DNA from: Octopus bimaculoides
Taxonomy: Eukaryota
DNA length: 64,000 bases
NCBI RefSeq assembly: GCF_001194135.2
Contig: NC_068984.1
Location: 115,719,708-115,783,707 of the forward strand
Direction: 5' to 3'
Below, in pieces: positions 25,455 through 39,137 of the stretch. The translations under genes were made by a program, and so were the position numbers. Every line of letters begins with the position of its first letter. Position 1 is the first letter of the stretch. Under the pieces are notes generated by a model. It made no database searches. It was not told the origin of the DNA and saw only the letters and a list, made by a program, of their open reading frames with translations.

Positions 25455-25915
25455 TTTGTCGTAAGAAGCTTGCTTCCGAACCAGGTACTTCCGGGTTCAG
25501 TCCCATTGCGTGGTACCTTCGTTAAGTGTCTTCTATAGCCTTGGGCCCACCAAAGCTTCTGAGTGGATATGGCACATACCTAACGTGAAAGAAATCCGTC
25601 GCATATGTGTGCGTGAATACACCTGTATATACTGAGAGAGAGAGAGAGAGGGAGAGCGATACATACATATATACATTTGTAAATATCTGTAACACACACA
25701 CAATTATATGTATACACTTATGTGTCCTCGTGTCTCTTTTTGCCCCCTACCACCGCTTGAGAACGGGTGTTAGCGTGTTTACGTCCCTGTAACTTAGCGG
25801 GTCAGAAAAAGTGACCGATACAATAAGCACCAGGCTCAACAAAAAATAAGTACAAGGCGTTGCCCTGGCATGGCCACAGTCTAATCATTGACACAAGTGA
25901 AAGGTAAAAGATAGG
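25455..25915 (+). mobile_element. tRNA-derived SINE family 'A' with an internal microsatellite
   Basis: gtaagaagcttgcttcc...ccgggttcagtccc head, central TA/CA/AG repeats and a caccgcttga...acgtccctgtaacttagcgg tail. Confidence 0.75.
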
Positions 25916-26025
25916 CGATAATANNNNNNNNNNNNNNNNNNNNNNNNNNNNNNNNNNNNNNNNNNNNNNNNNNNNNNNNNNNNNNNNNNNNNNNNNNNNN
26001 NNNNNNNNNNNNNNNNNNNNNNNNN

Positions 26026-26080
<55 letters not shown>

Positions 26081-26649
26081 CATATATACACACATATGCG
26101 TACACATACATAGTTTTTAGAGATTTTGTGCAAAGCATGGAGCAGAATATATTTATCGGAATCCGGTAAATCACTTTATGCTACTGAGAATTTCTAGGTA
26201 CGTGTATGGAGAAATGTTGGAGAATTAAGTTTGTCTCTGAATATCGAGTACAGAGATCCACAAGCAGGCATGCAGACACTCATAAATATGCATACACACA
26301 CATACACTCATAAGCCCCCGCCTATATATATATGTGTGTGTGTGTGTGCGTGCGTGTGTGNNNNNNNNNNTGTATGTATGTATACATAATACTGCCATAT
26401 ATATATATATATATATAATATGGCAGTCCTGGATGCGACGAATTTCACTGTTGTTTAACCCCAGGAAACATCATCACCAGCTGGTTTCATGACATAATAT
26501 CTGTGCCCTTATATTTTCAAACAGGGGAGCTCAGCAATCCATCCAGCATCCTGGGACTAAACAACAGTAACATTTGTCCTATCCAAGACTGCCAGATTAT
26601 GTTAGCAAATAGTCTTTACTTTAAAATACTGTTACTGAATATAAAATAC

Positions 26650-27189
26650 TATGTGTTTTTTTGGCGAGAAACTCATGAGTGAGGAGAGATTGGTGACAGA
26701 GTGCATCGTTGTCGTGAAGAATTCAATTCTTCGCGCTTCACAGATCCGGTCACTTTCACAGTGAATTCTCCCTCAATCGTTTCAAAATGTCGCAGTAGAA
26801 CTTTCGATTGACGGTGCGACCCGGAGGACGAATTTTCGATGGACTATACTACGTTTCTGAGGTGGACGCTCATGACAGGTCTTCCATGGACGTTCTTCCG
26901 TTTTTGAAGATCCCGTACAACTCGAAGCATTACGTTCGACCCATTGCATCGTCACCGTAAGCTTGCTGGAATATGCTCGATGTCTATAGCAAACTTCCCA
27001 AGTTTAACGAAAAATTTCACGCTGGCTCTTTGTTCCTGTCCATCACGGCGTACACATGATTACAAAGACACAAATTTTACTACTTGCGAAGTAAACACAG
27101 AGGTGTCACTCGACGCGCACACAACCATGTACTGCCATCTGTTGGCGCGCTTCAGAACTAGTCCGGAAACCTTTTGATCCCAACTCGTA
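26650..27189 (-). mobile_element. Internally deleted mariner transposon with 5' TIR
   Basis: TIR TACGAGTTGGGATCAAAAGGTTTCCGGACT at ~27160-27189; N-terminal QRASVKF...QQAYGDDAMGRT...FKNGRTS joined to IVHRKFV..GRTVNRKFYCDILKRLRE...ILHD...HEFLAK, across frameshifts. Confidence 0.85.
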
Positions 27190-27924
27190 TACCTACATAT
27201 CAGCTCGCTTCGCTTCACTTTGGGTAGTAATTTTTCATTCCTTTATAAATAACTGTTCTTTTAACATAATTGCATTTCATCTTAATGCTCTACTCTACGT
27301 TGTCCGTTATTGATGTTCGAGCTTCATTCATGTTGCATGTATTGCCATGCTATATGTATATTTACGCATATACACCCTATCTTAAAGATAGCGCGTTTGC
27401 ACGTACACACACACACAAACACGCGCGCACGCGCACACACGCATACACACAAATTCACACACACACACACAAATTCACACACACACACACACAAATTCAC
27501 ACACACACATGAGGCAAAAAAAGAGGAGAAACAGAGAAAAAGAAATTGATAGTGGGAAAGAGAGAGACAAATGTACGTAGTAGTGAGTGTTGAAATAAAG
27601 AGAAAGAAGATGAAAAGAGAAGAAGGGAGAGAAATATAGAAGAAAAGACAGAAGAAAGAGGACGGAGAAGGAGGGAAAAGAGAGGTAGAAATAGATAAGG
27701 TGAAGAATACAGAGAAGGTGAGAAAACAGATCGTAGCTGGAGATTTGATCAATTGGTGGACGATGTCTAGAATTTATGGCGAGTTTAACGGAAAATATCT
27801 TAGAAAATCTCACACGTTATTTGTAATTAGATGCATTAGAATCAGAGGCCTGATTCCCTGCCAAGCTAACGGAAAGGACTGTTGGAGACTGGTCTCAAGT
27901 TGCTGGACAAACAGACGGATGGGT

Positions 27925-27972
<48 letters not shown>

Positions 27973-28271
27973 GGATTAACAGATAGGTTGACGGATAACT
28001 AGATAGAAAACTTCATACGTAAGCAAATATCCATACACGCGCGAGCACACACACACGCACACATACACACACGCACACACACACAGAGGCGTACATATGT
28101 ATATATGTATGTACATACATAAATATATACATATATATACATATATGAGTATGTATTATCAATAGCTAGGTGAATTGTGCTATTGTAGATCGAAGATATA
28201 TTTTTGTTTCTCACCAAAACAACGACGCGAACACTGGAGGAGGTGGCTCCATGTTAAATGCATTCTGACGT

Positions 28272-28373
<102 letters not shown>

Positions 28374-28386
28374 GTCTGTCTGTCTC

Positions 28387-28422
<36 letters not shown>

Positions 28423-29784
28423 ACTAATCTAAACTATATGNNNNNNNNNNNNNNNNNNNNNNNNNNNNNNNNNNNNNNNNNNNNNNNNNNNNNNNNNNNN
28501 NNNNNNNNNNNNNNNNNNNNNNNNNNNNNNNNNNNNNNNNNNNNNNNNNNNNNNNNNNNNNNNNNNNNNNNNNNNNNNNNNNNNNNNNNNNNNNNNNNNN
28601 NNNNNNNNNNNNNNNNNNNNNNNNNNNNNNNNNNNNNNNNNNNNNNNNNNNNNNNNNNNNNNNNNNNNNNNNNNNNNNNNNNNNNNNNNNNNNNNNNNNN
28701 NNNNNNNNNNNNNNNNNNNNNNNNNNNNNNNNNNNNNNNNNNNNNNNNNNNNNNNNNNNNNNNNNNNNNNNNNNNNNNNNNNNNNNNNNNNNNNNNNNNN
28801 NNNNNNNNNNNNNNNNNNNNNNNNNNNNNNNNNNNNNNNNNNNNNNNNNNNNNNNNNNNNNNNNNNNNNNNNNNNNNNNNNNNNNNNNNNNNNNNNNNNN
28901 NNNNNNNNNNNNNNNNNNNNNNNNNNNNNNNNNNNNNNNNNNNNNNTATATATATATATATATATTTATTTATTTAAACATGTGTGTTAAAGAGCTGCTG
29001 TACGCATGTGTAGAATGGAGAGTGTATATTGTAGATTACTTATGTCTGTATTTGTAGTTGTGTCTGCTTATGCTTCTGTATCTAGGTGTATACATCCATA
29101 TGTATATGTATATCTAAATGTGATTTTGTGCTTGTGCATACGAATAAAGTCTATTAAATCTACAAACGTAAATTTAAAGACAAGCTGCGCTGTTAGTGGA
29201 AGAAATTTACGACGAAAGAAACCTATCAATTGATGGAAAATGTTCCTTGGTCTGTTCCTCCCATTTTGAAGGAAAACAATGCCAAAGTTATCTCATTTCC
29301 TCCACTCGTCATAATCTGCATATTAGTAGCAGAGAATCTCGTCTGCTGGCCATGGATTTTCACAAAGGGCCATAATAGCATGCTACAATTCTGACCATGA
29401 AACAAAACTAGATAGAAATACCTAATTATATAATACTACTCTGATATGATAGACACACACACACGCGTGCGCACACGCACACACAGACAAATGATTGAAG
29501 GAAGTAAAAGTAAAATCAAGTAAAAGTATGGAAGTAGCCGGAGGTTAATAGTTATACAACTATGACTCTGGCTATAATGATTTTATGTGCTACAACACTA
29601 TTCTACCAGGCCTTGCTGTCTACTACATAACACACAACAACGTGCAACTATCACCATTGAAGTCAGTGAGACTGAGAAAGTAGCTTAACTTTAACGGATT
29701 TGTTGCATGTACAAACAAATCATAAAATGTAAACGATATCATTAATAAAAAATGAATTCGACTTGAAGTCAAAGATTACTTTAT

Positions 29785-30560
29785 ATGCAGAGACACCCAG
29801 CGTTGCTCGGGATTAAAATGTCATAGTTTGTATATAATATATTATAGTAGTTATGTTGAAACATGTGATATGGGAAAGTGCAGCATTGACAACAAAACAT
29901 TTGTAGAGTAAATGATGGGCTAATTTGATTAAGCAAGTCTGTTTGGAGTATTTCAGGCCCTAACCTTTGGGGGTTATGTGATTTTTGAACGCACCGAAAA
30001 GCTGTCAGTGGATATACTCTCTCTTGCAGCAGTCGGCGCTGCGTCTAACGCGACTCATCATCTGAAATGTTTGACATCTCCTTCGGGTTTGTTATCCTAC
30101 ATCACTCATAAAGTAAATTTGGAGGAACTGTGGTTGTTCATTTGTGGGTAACGGAACCAATGAGGTGATAGACTTGCCCTTGAACTTTGACGTGGTCGTA
30201 AATTTATGTTTATCTATCTTCTTAGATGCACCAAACGATGTCATTTGCAGAGTTGTATTGTCTGATATTGTTCAGAAAATCTTTTGACTGGATGGAAATG
30301 CCTTCTAGAAGATCCATAAGAGGTTGAGAAAGTGCTGGTAGTGTTGGCAATGTTACCTGACCGCCTGAGCAGCACATACCATTTGTTTCATTTGAATATT
30401 TTAAAGCTCTACAGAAAAAACAATTTGTGTTTAGCACACCAATTTGGACAGAGTTATTATGCTTATCAAAATGGGGTGAATCATATCTGAAAACAGCTTC
30501 AGGAGTTGTGAAGAACGAATTTGTACGTAGTCTGTTTCTGAGAGCTATTCTATTGGACCT
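29785..30560 (-). mobile_element. Helitron remnant: Rep N-terminal coding fragment plus 3' terminus
   Basis: EAVFRYDS..., CFFCRALKYSNETNGMCCSGGQVTLP, SKDFLNNIRQYNSA, KVQGQVYHLIGS and QFLQIYF; 3' hairpin CCCGAGCAACGCTGGG (29796-29811) followed by a degenerate CTAG-like end. Confidence 0.85.
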
Positions 30561-30574
30561 CTGTCTAATAATCT

Positions 30575-31462
30575 GTGCAAGGACAATCCGAACAAAGACA
30601 GGTGTTGTAAAGAATGACCGGTAGAGCGGAAATGACGCGAGACCGGGGTGTCGTTGCCGAGTCTGATGTCTCGGAGGTGTTTCGTGAACCGGTCAGCCAA
30701 GCGGCGTCCCGTTTGACCGATGTATAGAGAAGGACAGAGAGAGCAGGAGATGCAGTAGATGACGTTGCTAGAAGTGCAGGCGAAGGAGTCAGTGATATGA
30801 TAGGGTCGATGATAGGTGCCTGCGGTGGAGGGTGGTGTTGGAGAGGTAAGGGCAAGTGCGGCAGCNNNNNNNNNNNNGCTCATTTCAAGGAGGAGAGGGG
30901 TCGGTTAGGGAAGATGGGCGAAGTGGAGGGTCGGATGGAGTCGCCGGAAGGTTCGGAGAATGGTGCGTTGGAGTGGTAGGGTAGTGCAGTGGTAGGTGAG
31001 GGGAAAGGGGAGACGAGTGACGGCGGGGTGGGTGCGGGGAGAGAGCAGATGCACGGTCCATGGAAGGGCGATGGCAAGGGCGGTGTGGATAGTGGTGAGG
31101 GGATATCCACGTAGGATGAAGTGGCGAGTTATGAGTTGAGACTGAGTCTCAAAGCCATGGTAGTCACTGCAGAGCCTGCGTAGACGGAGGAATTGGGAAT
31201 AGGGGATGGAGAGCTTGGTGTGTTTAGGGTGGGAGGAGGAGAAGTTGAGGTATGAGTGTGACTCTGTGTTTTTGTTGCGTGATGAATGCTGACCGAAATG
31301 TCGAGAAAGGCGACTGAAGTGTCGGAAATAGTGCAAGAGAAGTGGAGGGCAGGATGGTAAGATTTGACAAAAGAGAGGAAGGAGTCTAGATGTTCGCGGG
31401 AGAGTGAGGTCGCACCGATACAGTCGTCAATATAACGACCGTATAGTTCGAGAGTGTAGTTC
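30575..31462 (-). mobile_element. Penelope-like element fragment: RT C-terminal half plus GIY-YIG endonuclease
   Basis: YGRYIDDCIG, YHPALHFSCTIS..VAFLDI, SYLNFSSSHPKHTKLSIPYSQFLRLRRLCS and NVIYCISCSLCPSLYIGQTGRRLADRFTKH; frameshifted. Confidence 0.92.
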
Positions 31463-31654
31463 CTATTTATTAAAATTTAATTTTTCTATTAGTTACTGGT
31501 AATTCAATATTATAACTTGTAGTGGTGATATATTAATGAGTATGTAATGTTTTATTATTAACTTTTGAATGATGAAATAATATATTTCACTCACAATTAT
31601 TATATTACTAGTTAAATTAAATTCAATCGCGTTTGTTTTGTTTTGGAGAGATTT

Positions 31655-32045
31655 ATATAAAGCTTTAAATTTTGTTATAGTAGTAGCTATGGAAGACTGG
31701 TGGGATTATTATTTGTACGGACTTAAAGATTGGTCGCGATTGAGCATATAATTTAGTTATTGCAGGTTTACTATTAATACCGATACGATGTACATCGGTT
31801 TATGTGTTTCTTTGGTGTACTTTTATTAAAGTTAGAGTTTAATCCTGCCTATAAATTGATTGATTGAATTAATGTTGTTGTTAAGCTTTTACTTTTATAT
31901 TATACTATGGAAGATGGTAGGGATTATAATTTTTGTATGACTTAATGGATTGGTCGCTGTTTAGTCACTTATTTAAGAGTTGGTTGTAATATACTTATTG
32001 AATTTATTTACCGATACGGTTGTACATAGGTTAAATGTGTTTGAA
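31655..32045. repeat. Diverged ~220-230 bp tandem duplication
   Basis: ctatggaaga(c)tgg at 31687 and 31905; gattggtcgc twice; accgatacg at ~31779 and ~32010. Confidence 0.75.
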
Positions 32046-32267
32046 AGTTGTGGTTTCTTTGGTTTGTTTAATCCCAAACAACACTTATTTTAGTGCTGTT
32101 GACACCACCGGATTGAATAGTACTGCCCAGGATTCGAAATCATGATGATATCTGTGGGGCAGCTGATGATGGAGGTATGTTGGATTGTTGGTATGGCTGT
32201 TTTTGTAATACGTAGAATAGTATTATAACACATCCTTTCGATACACACACACACACAAACACATATA

Positions 32268-32440
32268 CAGTCGTAGCCAAAAGTTTGGCTCATTAAAAAA
32301 AAAAAAAAACTTAAAATTGTTATGCCGAAGTACAATTCGATTCAAATATATACATCGTATATATTTGGGCATTCAATATAAAATATAAAAATTCTAATTT
32401 TCAGACCAATTCCAATCTTATAAACTTTTTACCACGACTG
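32268..32440. mobile_element. 173 bp Tc1-derived MITE with TA target-site duplication
   Basis: Left TA|CAGTCGTAGCCAAAAGTTT; right AAACTTTTTACCACGACTG|TA; Tc1-type CAGT termini. Confidence 0.85.
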
Positions 32441-32821
32441 TATATATATATATATATATGAACACACATATATACACATTATTGTTCAAGTCAATTATTT
32501 TATCACTTTTAAGTTTTCGGGTGATATTCCAACGAACGGGTACATATGTATTGCAGTTTGCAGTTCAGTGCGCAAGAGTGTTAAATTTGTGGGTGGATTT
32601 TCACTGCATTATTCTAATCATCCTTACATTGAACGCCAACCTATTACACAAAGGCAGCCATATTGAAAAGAATCGCAGTATACAGCGTAACGAACTGCTC
32701 TTTATAATTGGGTATTCGCGCAGATGTGCCACATCATAGAGGCTAAAAGCATAAGTTTCATTCAATAATGTAACGCTAATGACAGAATCACGATTCACAT
32801 TGCATCAAACATACATACAAG

Positions 32822-32890
<69 letters not shown>

Positions 32891-32938
32891 GCACATATAT
32901 AAATGTGTATGCATGTATGCACATATATACATATTTAT

Positions 32939-32993
<55 letters not shown>

Positions 32994-32996
32994 TAG

Positions 32997-33027
<31 letters not shown>

Positions 33028-33245
33028 CACACACACACACATATATATATATGCATACATACAATACATACACACTCACGTACAATACATACACACGTAC
33101 GCACACGCACATACACACACATATATAATGTCTTACTATGAAGAAGTACTATTGTTGAATATCATTGTATATAATAGCTTTATTTAGAAGTTTGGTGTTT
33201 CCTTCGTATTTCATCTACCGCATTCATAAAGCATAGTTGCTCACG

Positions 33246-33290
<45 letters not shown>

Positions 33291-34074
33291 NNNNNNNNNN
33301 TCACACATATGTGCACACACATATACACACGCTTACATTCAATTTCACAGAACAGTTCATTCGCAAATGTACACCGAGCATCTACACATACACTGTTTCA
33401 TCCTGCATCAAAGCACATGCGCATAAATGTTAACACATGTATATATATATATATATTGAAAAATGTACATAAATTCACATCCATAAATGCGCATATGAAT
33501 TACATATATATTTTTATGCCTAATTTTATATTGTAGGCGGTAGGCTTAACACAACACACGGTTTAACACTACTTCATGTCTTTTTAACGAATCACATTGG
33601 CGAAAGAGTTACAGTTTGAAGATAACGAACTCTCTGATATTTTGCTATCGATAACTCATTTCTTAGGTAGATGTCATGTCGCCAATTTCAGAAGACATCA
33701 GTGGAATGTATGTGGCCTAGCGGTTAAGCTGTTAGACGCACGACTGCTTGAAAGTAGCTTTCTTTCCTAGGCCAGGCATCACTTTGAGTCTTTGCAAAAT
33801 GCACCTCATTTACGCCTGCTCGCAAAATGGTGCCTCGCAGAACATTAACTCCAAATTGCCATGCAAAATATGAACAGCTCTTGATGTTAACGGTACACTT
33901 GAGGGAAGATGACTTACTCAGTAAAGTTATCCAATGTAGGGCCGTCACTCAACTGTACAAGAGCCAGACGAAAGCACTTTCTTGCATCTATGAAACCTTC
34001 TCTATTAGGTGACGAAAAATCTATATCCTCTTTGACGCTAATTTATGTATGGTTCCGTTAATAATTCTTTCTAA

Positions 34075-34245
34075 TTTTGGCACAAGCCTAGCAATTTTGA
34101 GGTGACGGGGTAAGTCTATTACACCGATCTCAGTACTTGATTGGTAATTTACTGTACTTTATTTTATCGACCCCGAAAAGATTAAAGGCAAAGTTGGCCA
34201 CGGCGGCATTGGAATCCAGAATACAAGGAGCCGGAAGAAACGCTA
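34075..34245 (-). mobile_element. SINE family B copy
   Basis: ttttatcgaccccgaaaagattaaaggcaaagttggccacggcggcattggaatccagaa is the inverse of the family body. Confidence 0.65.
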
Positions 34246-35084
34246 CTATGTTAAATTTGAGCATTACCTAACATCTCTGGTATCTTTCCAATCAGGTGAC
34301 ATAAAACCCTGTATTCTCATTCATTTCTGTTTATTGTTACCTGAATAATTAAACGCAATATTATGAGCAGTCCATGCAGTTAAGCAATGGTAACTGGGAG
34401 AGGCATCAACTTGTAATGTCATAATGTTCAATAACAACCTATAATCTTTGACTGGTTTCCTTTTCTCGCAACCAATTACCAAACTGATTTATCAAGCATC
34501 TCAAAGGCTAACAGAATTGCCAAGATAAATTCTCTAGTTAATTCTCTCTTCGCCATATAATAACCGTGGCATTTGATCAAACATTAGACTTACCACATTT
34601 TACTTCTTGTTTGTTCAATCTGCTTTGACAAATAGCTAAACGACAACAGCAACAAAAGTAACGAAACAAAAATAACAACAGCAACAAGAACAGGAACAAC
34701 CACGAAAGCCACACAACTTACTTCTTCCTCTTTCATACAATTTACCCACCCCATGCCTCTATATTCGATATATCTCTGCTGTGTAGGCTACACCCTTCAG
34801 TACGATTTCCTTCTGACAAGTGTTGTGCTTAGGTACAATACAACTTCCCTATTTTCAACTAAATATTCGGATCAATGATTTTCTCTTACCTTTGCTTAAA
34901 GTATCTCGTCCTTGTCTTTCGTACTTCTACTGCCGTCTCTATCATTATCTGAAAGTTATTTGAATACCCATTGTGCTGCATTGAAGGTTTCCATCCTAAC
35001 TTTTCTCTCTCTGAAGTCATCATCTTAGGTCACTTTTATTCACATCATTTCTTGAGGTTTTTGAATGCTACTGTCACTCATATG

Positions 35085-35240
35085 GTGACGTGTGGCTTAG
35101 TGGTTAGGTTGTTGCACTCATGATCGTAAGATTATGGTTTCGAATCCTGGACAGGGCGAAGCATTCTGTTCTTGAGCAAAACTTTTCATTTCATGTTGCT
35201 CTAGTCCATTCAGCTATCCAAAGAAAAAAAAAATGAGTAA
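35085..35240 (+). mobile_element. CORE-like tRNA SINE
   Basis: TGGCTTAGTGG A box, GGTTTCGAATCC B box, ttgagcaaaacttttcatttcatgttgctctagtccattcagc. Confidence 0.7.
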
Positions 35241-36789
35241 TATGATGAAGTCGTGACAAGCCTGGCAAGCCGGCGATTGGATTGTACACCTGTCTGATTA
35301 AACAAACCTCTGAACAGACAGGCTGTAGTCCTACTTGGTGTTGGAAGTTACCATTTCTGCTACCGCCTTGCTGCGCTGAACTGTAGCAACTAACCTACCC
35401 AGAGTCTCCTAATTGACACATCGACTTTCGACACATTCATGATTTCTTTCTAATTTGTACTTACAGCCTTTACATAAATGACAGCCTTTCCATGCCATCG
35501 GATTATTTCATTGTTTAAATAAGGCGTATTGCCTTATTTACATCTTCCTACCATCTTCCTACCATACCTACGAGTTCTGGCGAACTCCTCATTAGTTGTA
35601 TTTTACATCAGCAAAAGTGCTGTCGTAGTGATAAAGAAATAACTAAATAAATATTCATTTATTAGCATAAGGAAATGGAAGTGTTTCTAGATTAATCGCT
35701 ATCTGGTCGGATCTGTGCTAGTTCTACACTAATCACTGGCTATGCTTGGCAGTAAATATATTTCACCGATGCACCATCGAAAAAAATTAAGTGTAAGACC
35801 AATATTATGAACTGAGCTATATTACTTTACATCCCTTATGCCACTAAATAACTATGGTATTTAAACCATTGAGTGGAATCGAATAACTGTCCATAACAAA
35901 CATCTGGAAGAATTGACCTAGAATCATGAATTGATTGTACTTTTGAATTCAGTCAAGCCACATAATTGGAAACAGCATATGTTAATTCCACCTCTCCAGT
36001 GTCCACTTTAACTGACTTGTGACTTAAACAATTTTTTTCTAAATTAATGTCAGAACAGGAAAAATACAACCAACTCCGTATTGTATCTCATTTCAATATT
36101 GCTCTAGAAATATGTAGATATTATCGTGTTCAAATAAAACTTCTGATTAATATCAATTTGTGATGCAACTTCATTTCTCTCATTCATTGAACGAAACACT
36201 CGACTACAATGAATGCGCTTCATGAAAATGTTCTCCTATCAACATCTGACAGTTCTGGCCACAGAGTAAACAAATCTCAAACTATATTGCAATTTTCAAG
36301 TGATTAAACTAATGAACATGTTGAATTTACACTTATAATCTTTCTGCGTCTTGTCTGCTGTTAAGTAGCATTTAGAAGGTACGTGATTTTATCACACGAA
36401 GAAATCGTATGAATGTTCTTATTCATGTTATCATTCGTTCAACAACTGCTATAGTTATGTGTTCACATTCAGGTATTTCTTTTTATTTAGTTGATCATTT
36501 ATTACATTAATCGATATTGTTTAATAATAAATATTAATTTGAACATCTGACAGATATTTGTTTGATTATATCTCTTGAATTAGTTTATTCGATAAAAATA
36601 AAAATAAAAAAGATTCAGAAATGCTTAAGTTTCAAGTAATTACATCGCAATCATTAACGAAGACGATAACTCAAGTCTAACCGAGATTGAGGCAGAATTT
36701 CGAATCTTGATTGAAACCAATTCACATCGTTTACGCTCACTGAAAAGCTTAAACGCTACAAACTTGTTTTCTAGTTCCTATATGTCTGA

Positions 36790-37110
36790 ATTCCAATTAG
36801 CTAACAGAATCGCTAGAGAACTGGGCAAAAATGCTTACTGATATTTCTTCTGTCACTTTGCGTTTAGAGTTCAAATACTGTCCCCTAAAATAACTGCCGG
36901 TTGAGCTCTGAAGGTAGATGTAATCGACTAGCCCTCCCTCTCGAAATTCCAGGCCTTGTGCCTATAGCAGAAATGATAATTTAGCCCAGAATGGTTGATG
37001 GGTAGAATCACAAGATCGCCGAACAAAATGCCTTGTGGTATTTCTTCCGGCTCGCTACGTACTCATTTAAAATCCCACCGAGGTCAAGTTTGCTTTTCAT
37101 TATTTTTTAG
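36790..37110 (+). mobile_element. Two adjacent degenerate SINE family B copies
   Basis: agctaacagaatcgctag...gagttcaaat and agaatcacaag...aaatcccaccgaggtcaagtttgc. Confidence 0.55.
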
Positions 37111-38049
37111 CTTCACATCACCTTTGAATGAACACACCAAGAGAATTTCATTTCCATTCGTAACTATATCGTATTTTTCATTGTGAAAACTACCTTGTTC
37201 TATGGATCTCTCTTTATGTAGGACGAGATGGTTTGATTTAAAGGAAGTTCGGCTACTATTTCTGGGAGTTCGAATGACTAGAAATTCTGTTTTTGGCTCA
37301 GAATCGTCCATTGATGTTTGCTACTTTATCAATGATACTGCATGGTTGGTACTCACCTGATTTCTTTAAATAAAACATTGGGCGATTTCTGTTTTATGTT
37401 CTTTCTGTGTTTCAAACAGATTTTAGTGAACTTTTTTTTTATGTTCGATGGCAAACTCAGTTTGGTTTATTAGCTGTTTATAGACATCGATTTCTCTTTA
37501 AGTACAGAGACAATGTTTTTTGATGACCAGTTTGTTTTCTTAGTTTTGGCTTACTACATGGTTACCGTNNNNNNNNNNNNNNNNNNNNNNNNNNNNNNNN
37601 NNNNNNNNNNNNNNNNNNNNNNNNNNNNNNNNNNNNNNNNNNNNNNNNNNNNNNNNNNNNNNNNNNNNNNNNNNNNNNNNNNNNNNNNNNNNNNNNNNNN
37701 NNNNNNNNNNNNNNNNNNNNNNNNNNNNNNNNNNNNNNNNNNNNNNNNNNNNNNNNNNNNNNNNNNNNNNNNNNNNNNNNNNNNNNNNNNNNNNNNNNNN
37801 NNNNNNNNNNNNNNNNNNNNNNNNNNNNNNNNNNNNNNNNNNNNNNNNNNNNNNNNNNNNNNNNNNNNNNNNNNNNNNNNNNNNNNNNNNNNNNNNNNNN
37901 NNNNNNNNNNNNNNNNNNNNNNNNNNNNNNNNNNNNNNNNNNNNNNNNNNNNNNNNNNNNNNNNNNNNNNNNNNNNNNNNNNNNNNNNNNNNNNNNNNNN
38001 NNNNNNNNNNNNNNNNNNNNNNNNNNNNNNNNNNNNNNNNNNNNNNNNT

Positions 38050-38133
38050 TGGGTTTGGATCTTGGGTGGTTGGTCAGTTGGTTGGTTGGTTGATTTCTTC
38101 CGTCACGCTTTATATCACTGAAAGAACCTGGTC

Positions 38134-38170
<37 letters not shown>

Positions 38171-38410
38171 TGTGAGCGTGTGCGTGTGTGTGTATGTTTG
38201 TGTGTCTGTGTTTGTCCCCACTACCATCGTTTGACAACCGATGTTGGTGTGTTCACGTCCCCGTAATCTAGCCGTTCGGCAAAAGTGAACCGATAGAATG
38301 AGTACTAGGCTGACAAAGGATACGTCCTGGAGTTGATTTGTTCGACTAAAGGCAGTGCTCCAGCATGGCCGCAGTCAAATGACTAAAACAAATAAAAGAA
38401 TAATAGAATA
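38050..38410 (+). mobile_element. SINE family A 3' portion with an internal (TA)n/(TG)n
   Basis: gacaaccgatgttggtgtg...cgactaaaggcagtgctccagcatggccgcagtcaaatgact tail. Confidence 0.75.
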
Positions 38411-38719
38411 CGTTAAATGAAAAAAACATACATATATATTGCCGTCAATATATTTTTAATGAGGCAAATTCTATGAACAACACTATTAAGACATCGAACC
38501 GTAAAATTAATTATACCGGAGGAAAAAAAAAAGATTAATATTGAATATTGTGTGGGAATATATGAACGTACAGTTTTATCTTCAGGGATTTTAGGTGAGA
38601 AGCTATTGCTTTGCGAAGGAAATTGTTGAGGATATAATAGAAGAGAAATTTCATGTTAGTAATCTCATTCCACACCAATTTCTCTCTTCTACAACATATT
38701 TTATACTCATCTTCCTTCA

Positions 38720-38844
38720 TTTCTTTCTTTCTTTCTTTCTTCCTTTCTTTCTTTCTTTCTTTCTTTCTTTATTTCTTTCTTTCTTTTCTTNNNNNNNNNN
38801 TCTGTCTGTCTGTCTGTCTTTCTTTCTTTCTTTCTTTCTTTCAT

Positions 38845-38875
<31 letters not shown>

Positions 38876-38881
38876 CTCCTC

Positions 38882-38916
<35 letters not shown>

Positions 38917-38920
38917 TCCT

Positions 38921-38951
<31 letters not shown>

Positions 38952-39001
38952 GTCTTTGTTTGTTTGTTTGTTTGTTTGTTTGTTTCTTCCTTCCTTCCTT
39001 C

Positions 39002-39068
<67 letters not shown>

Positions 39069-39137
39069 TTCTTTCTTTCTGTCTGTCTGTCTTTCTTTCT
39101 TTCTTTCTTTCTTTCTTTCATTCTTTCTTTCTTTCTT
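38720..39137. repeat. (TTTC)n / (TCTG)n / (GTTT)n compound tetranucleotide array
   Basis: Direct reading. Confidence 0.95.
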
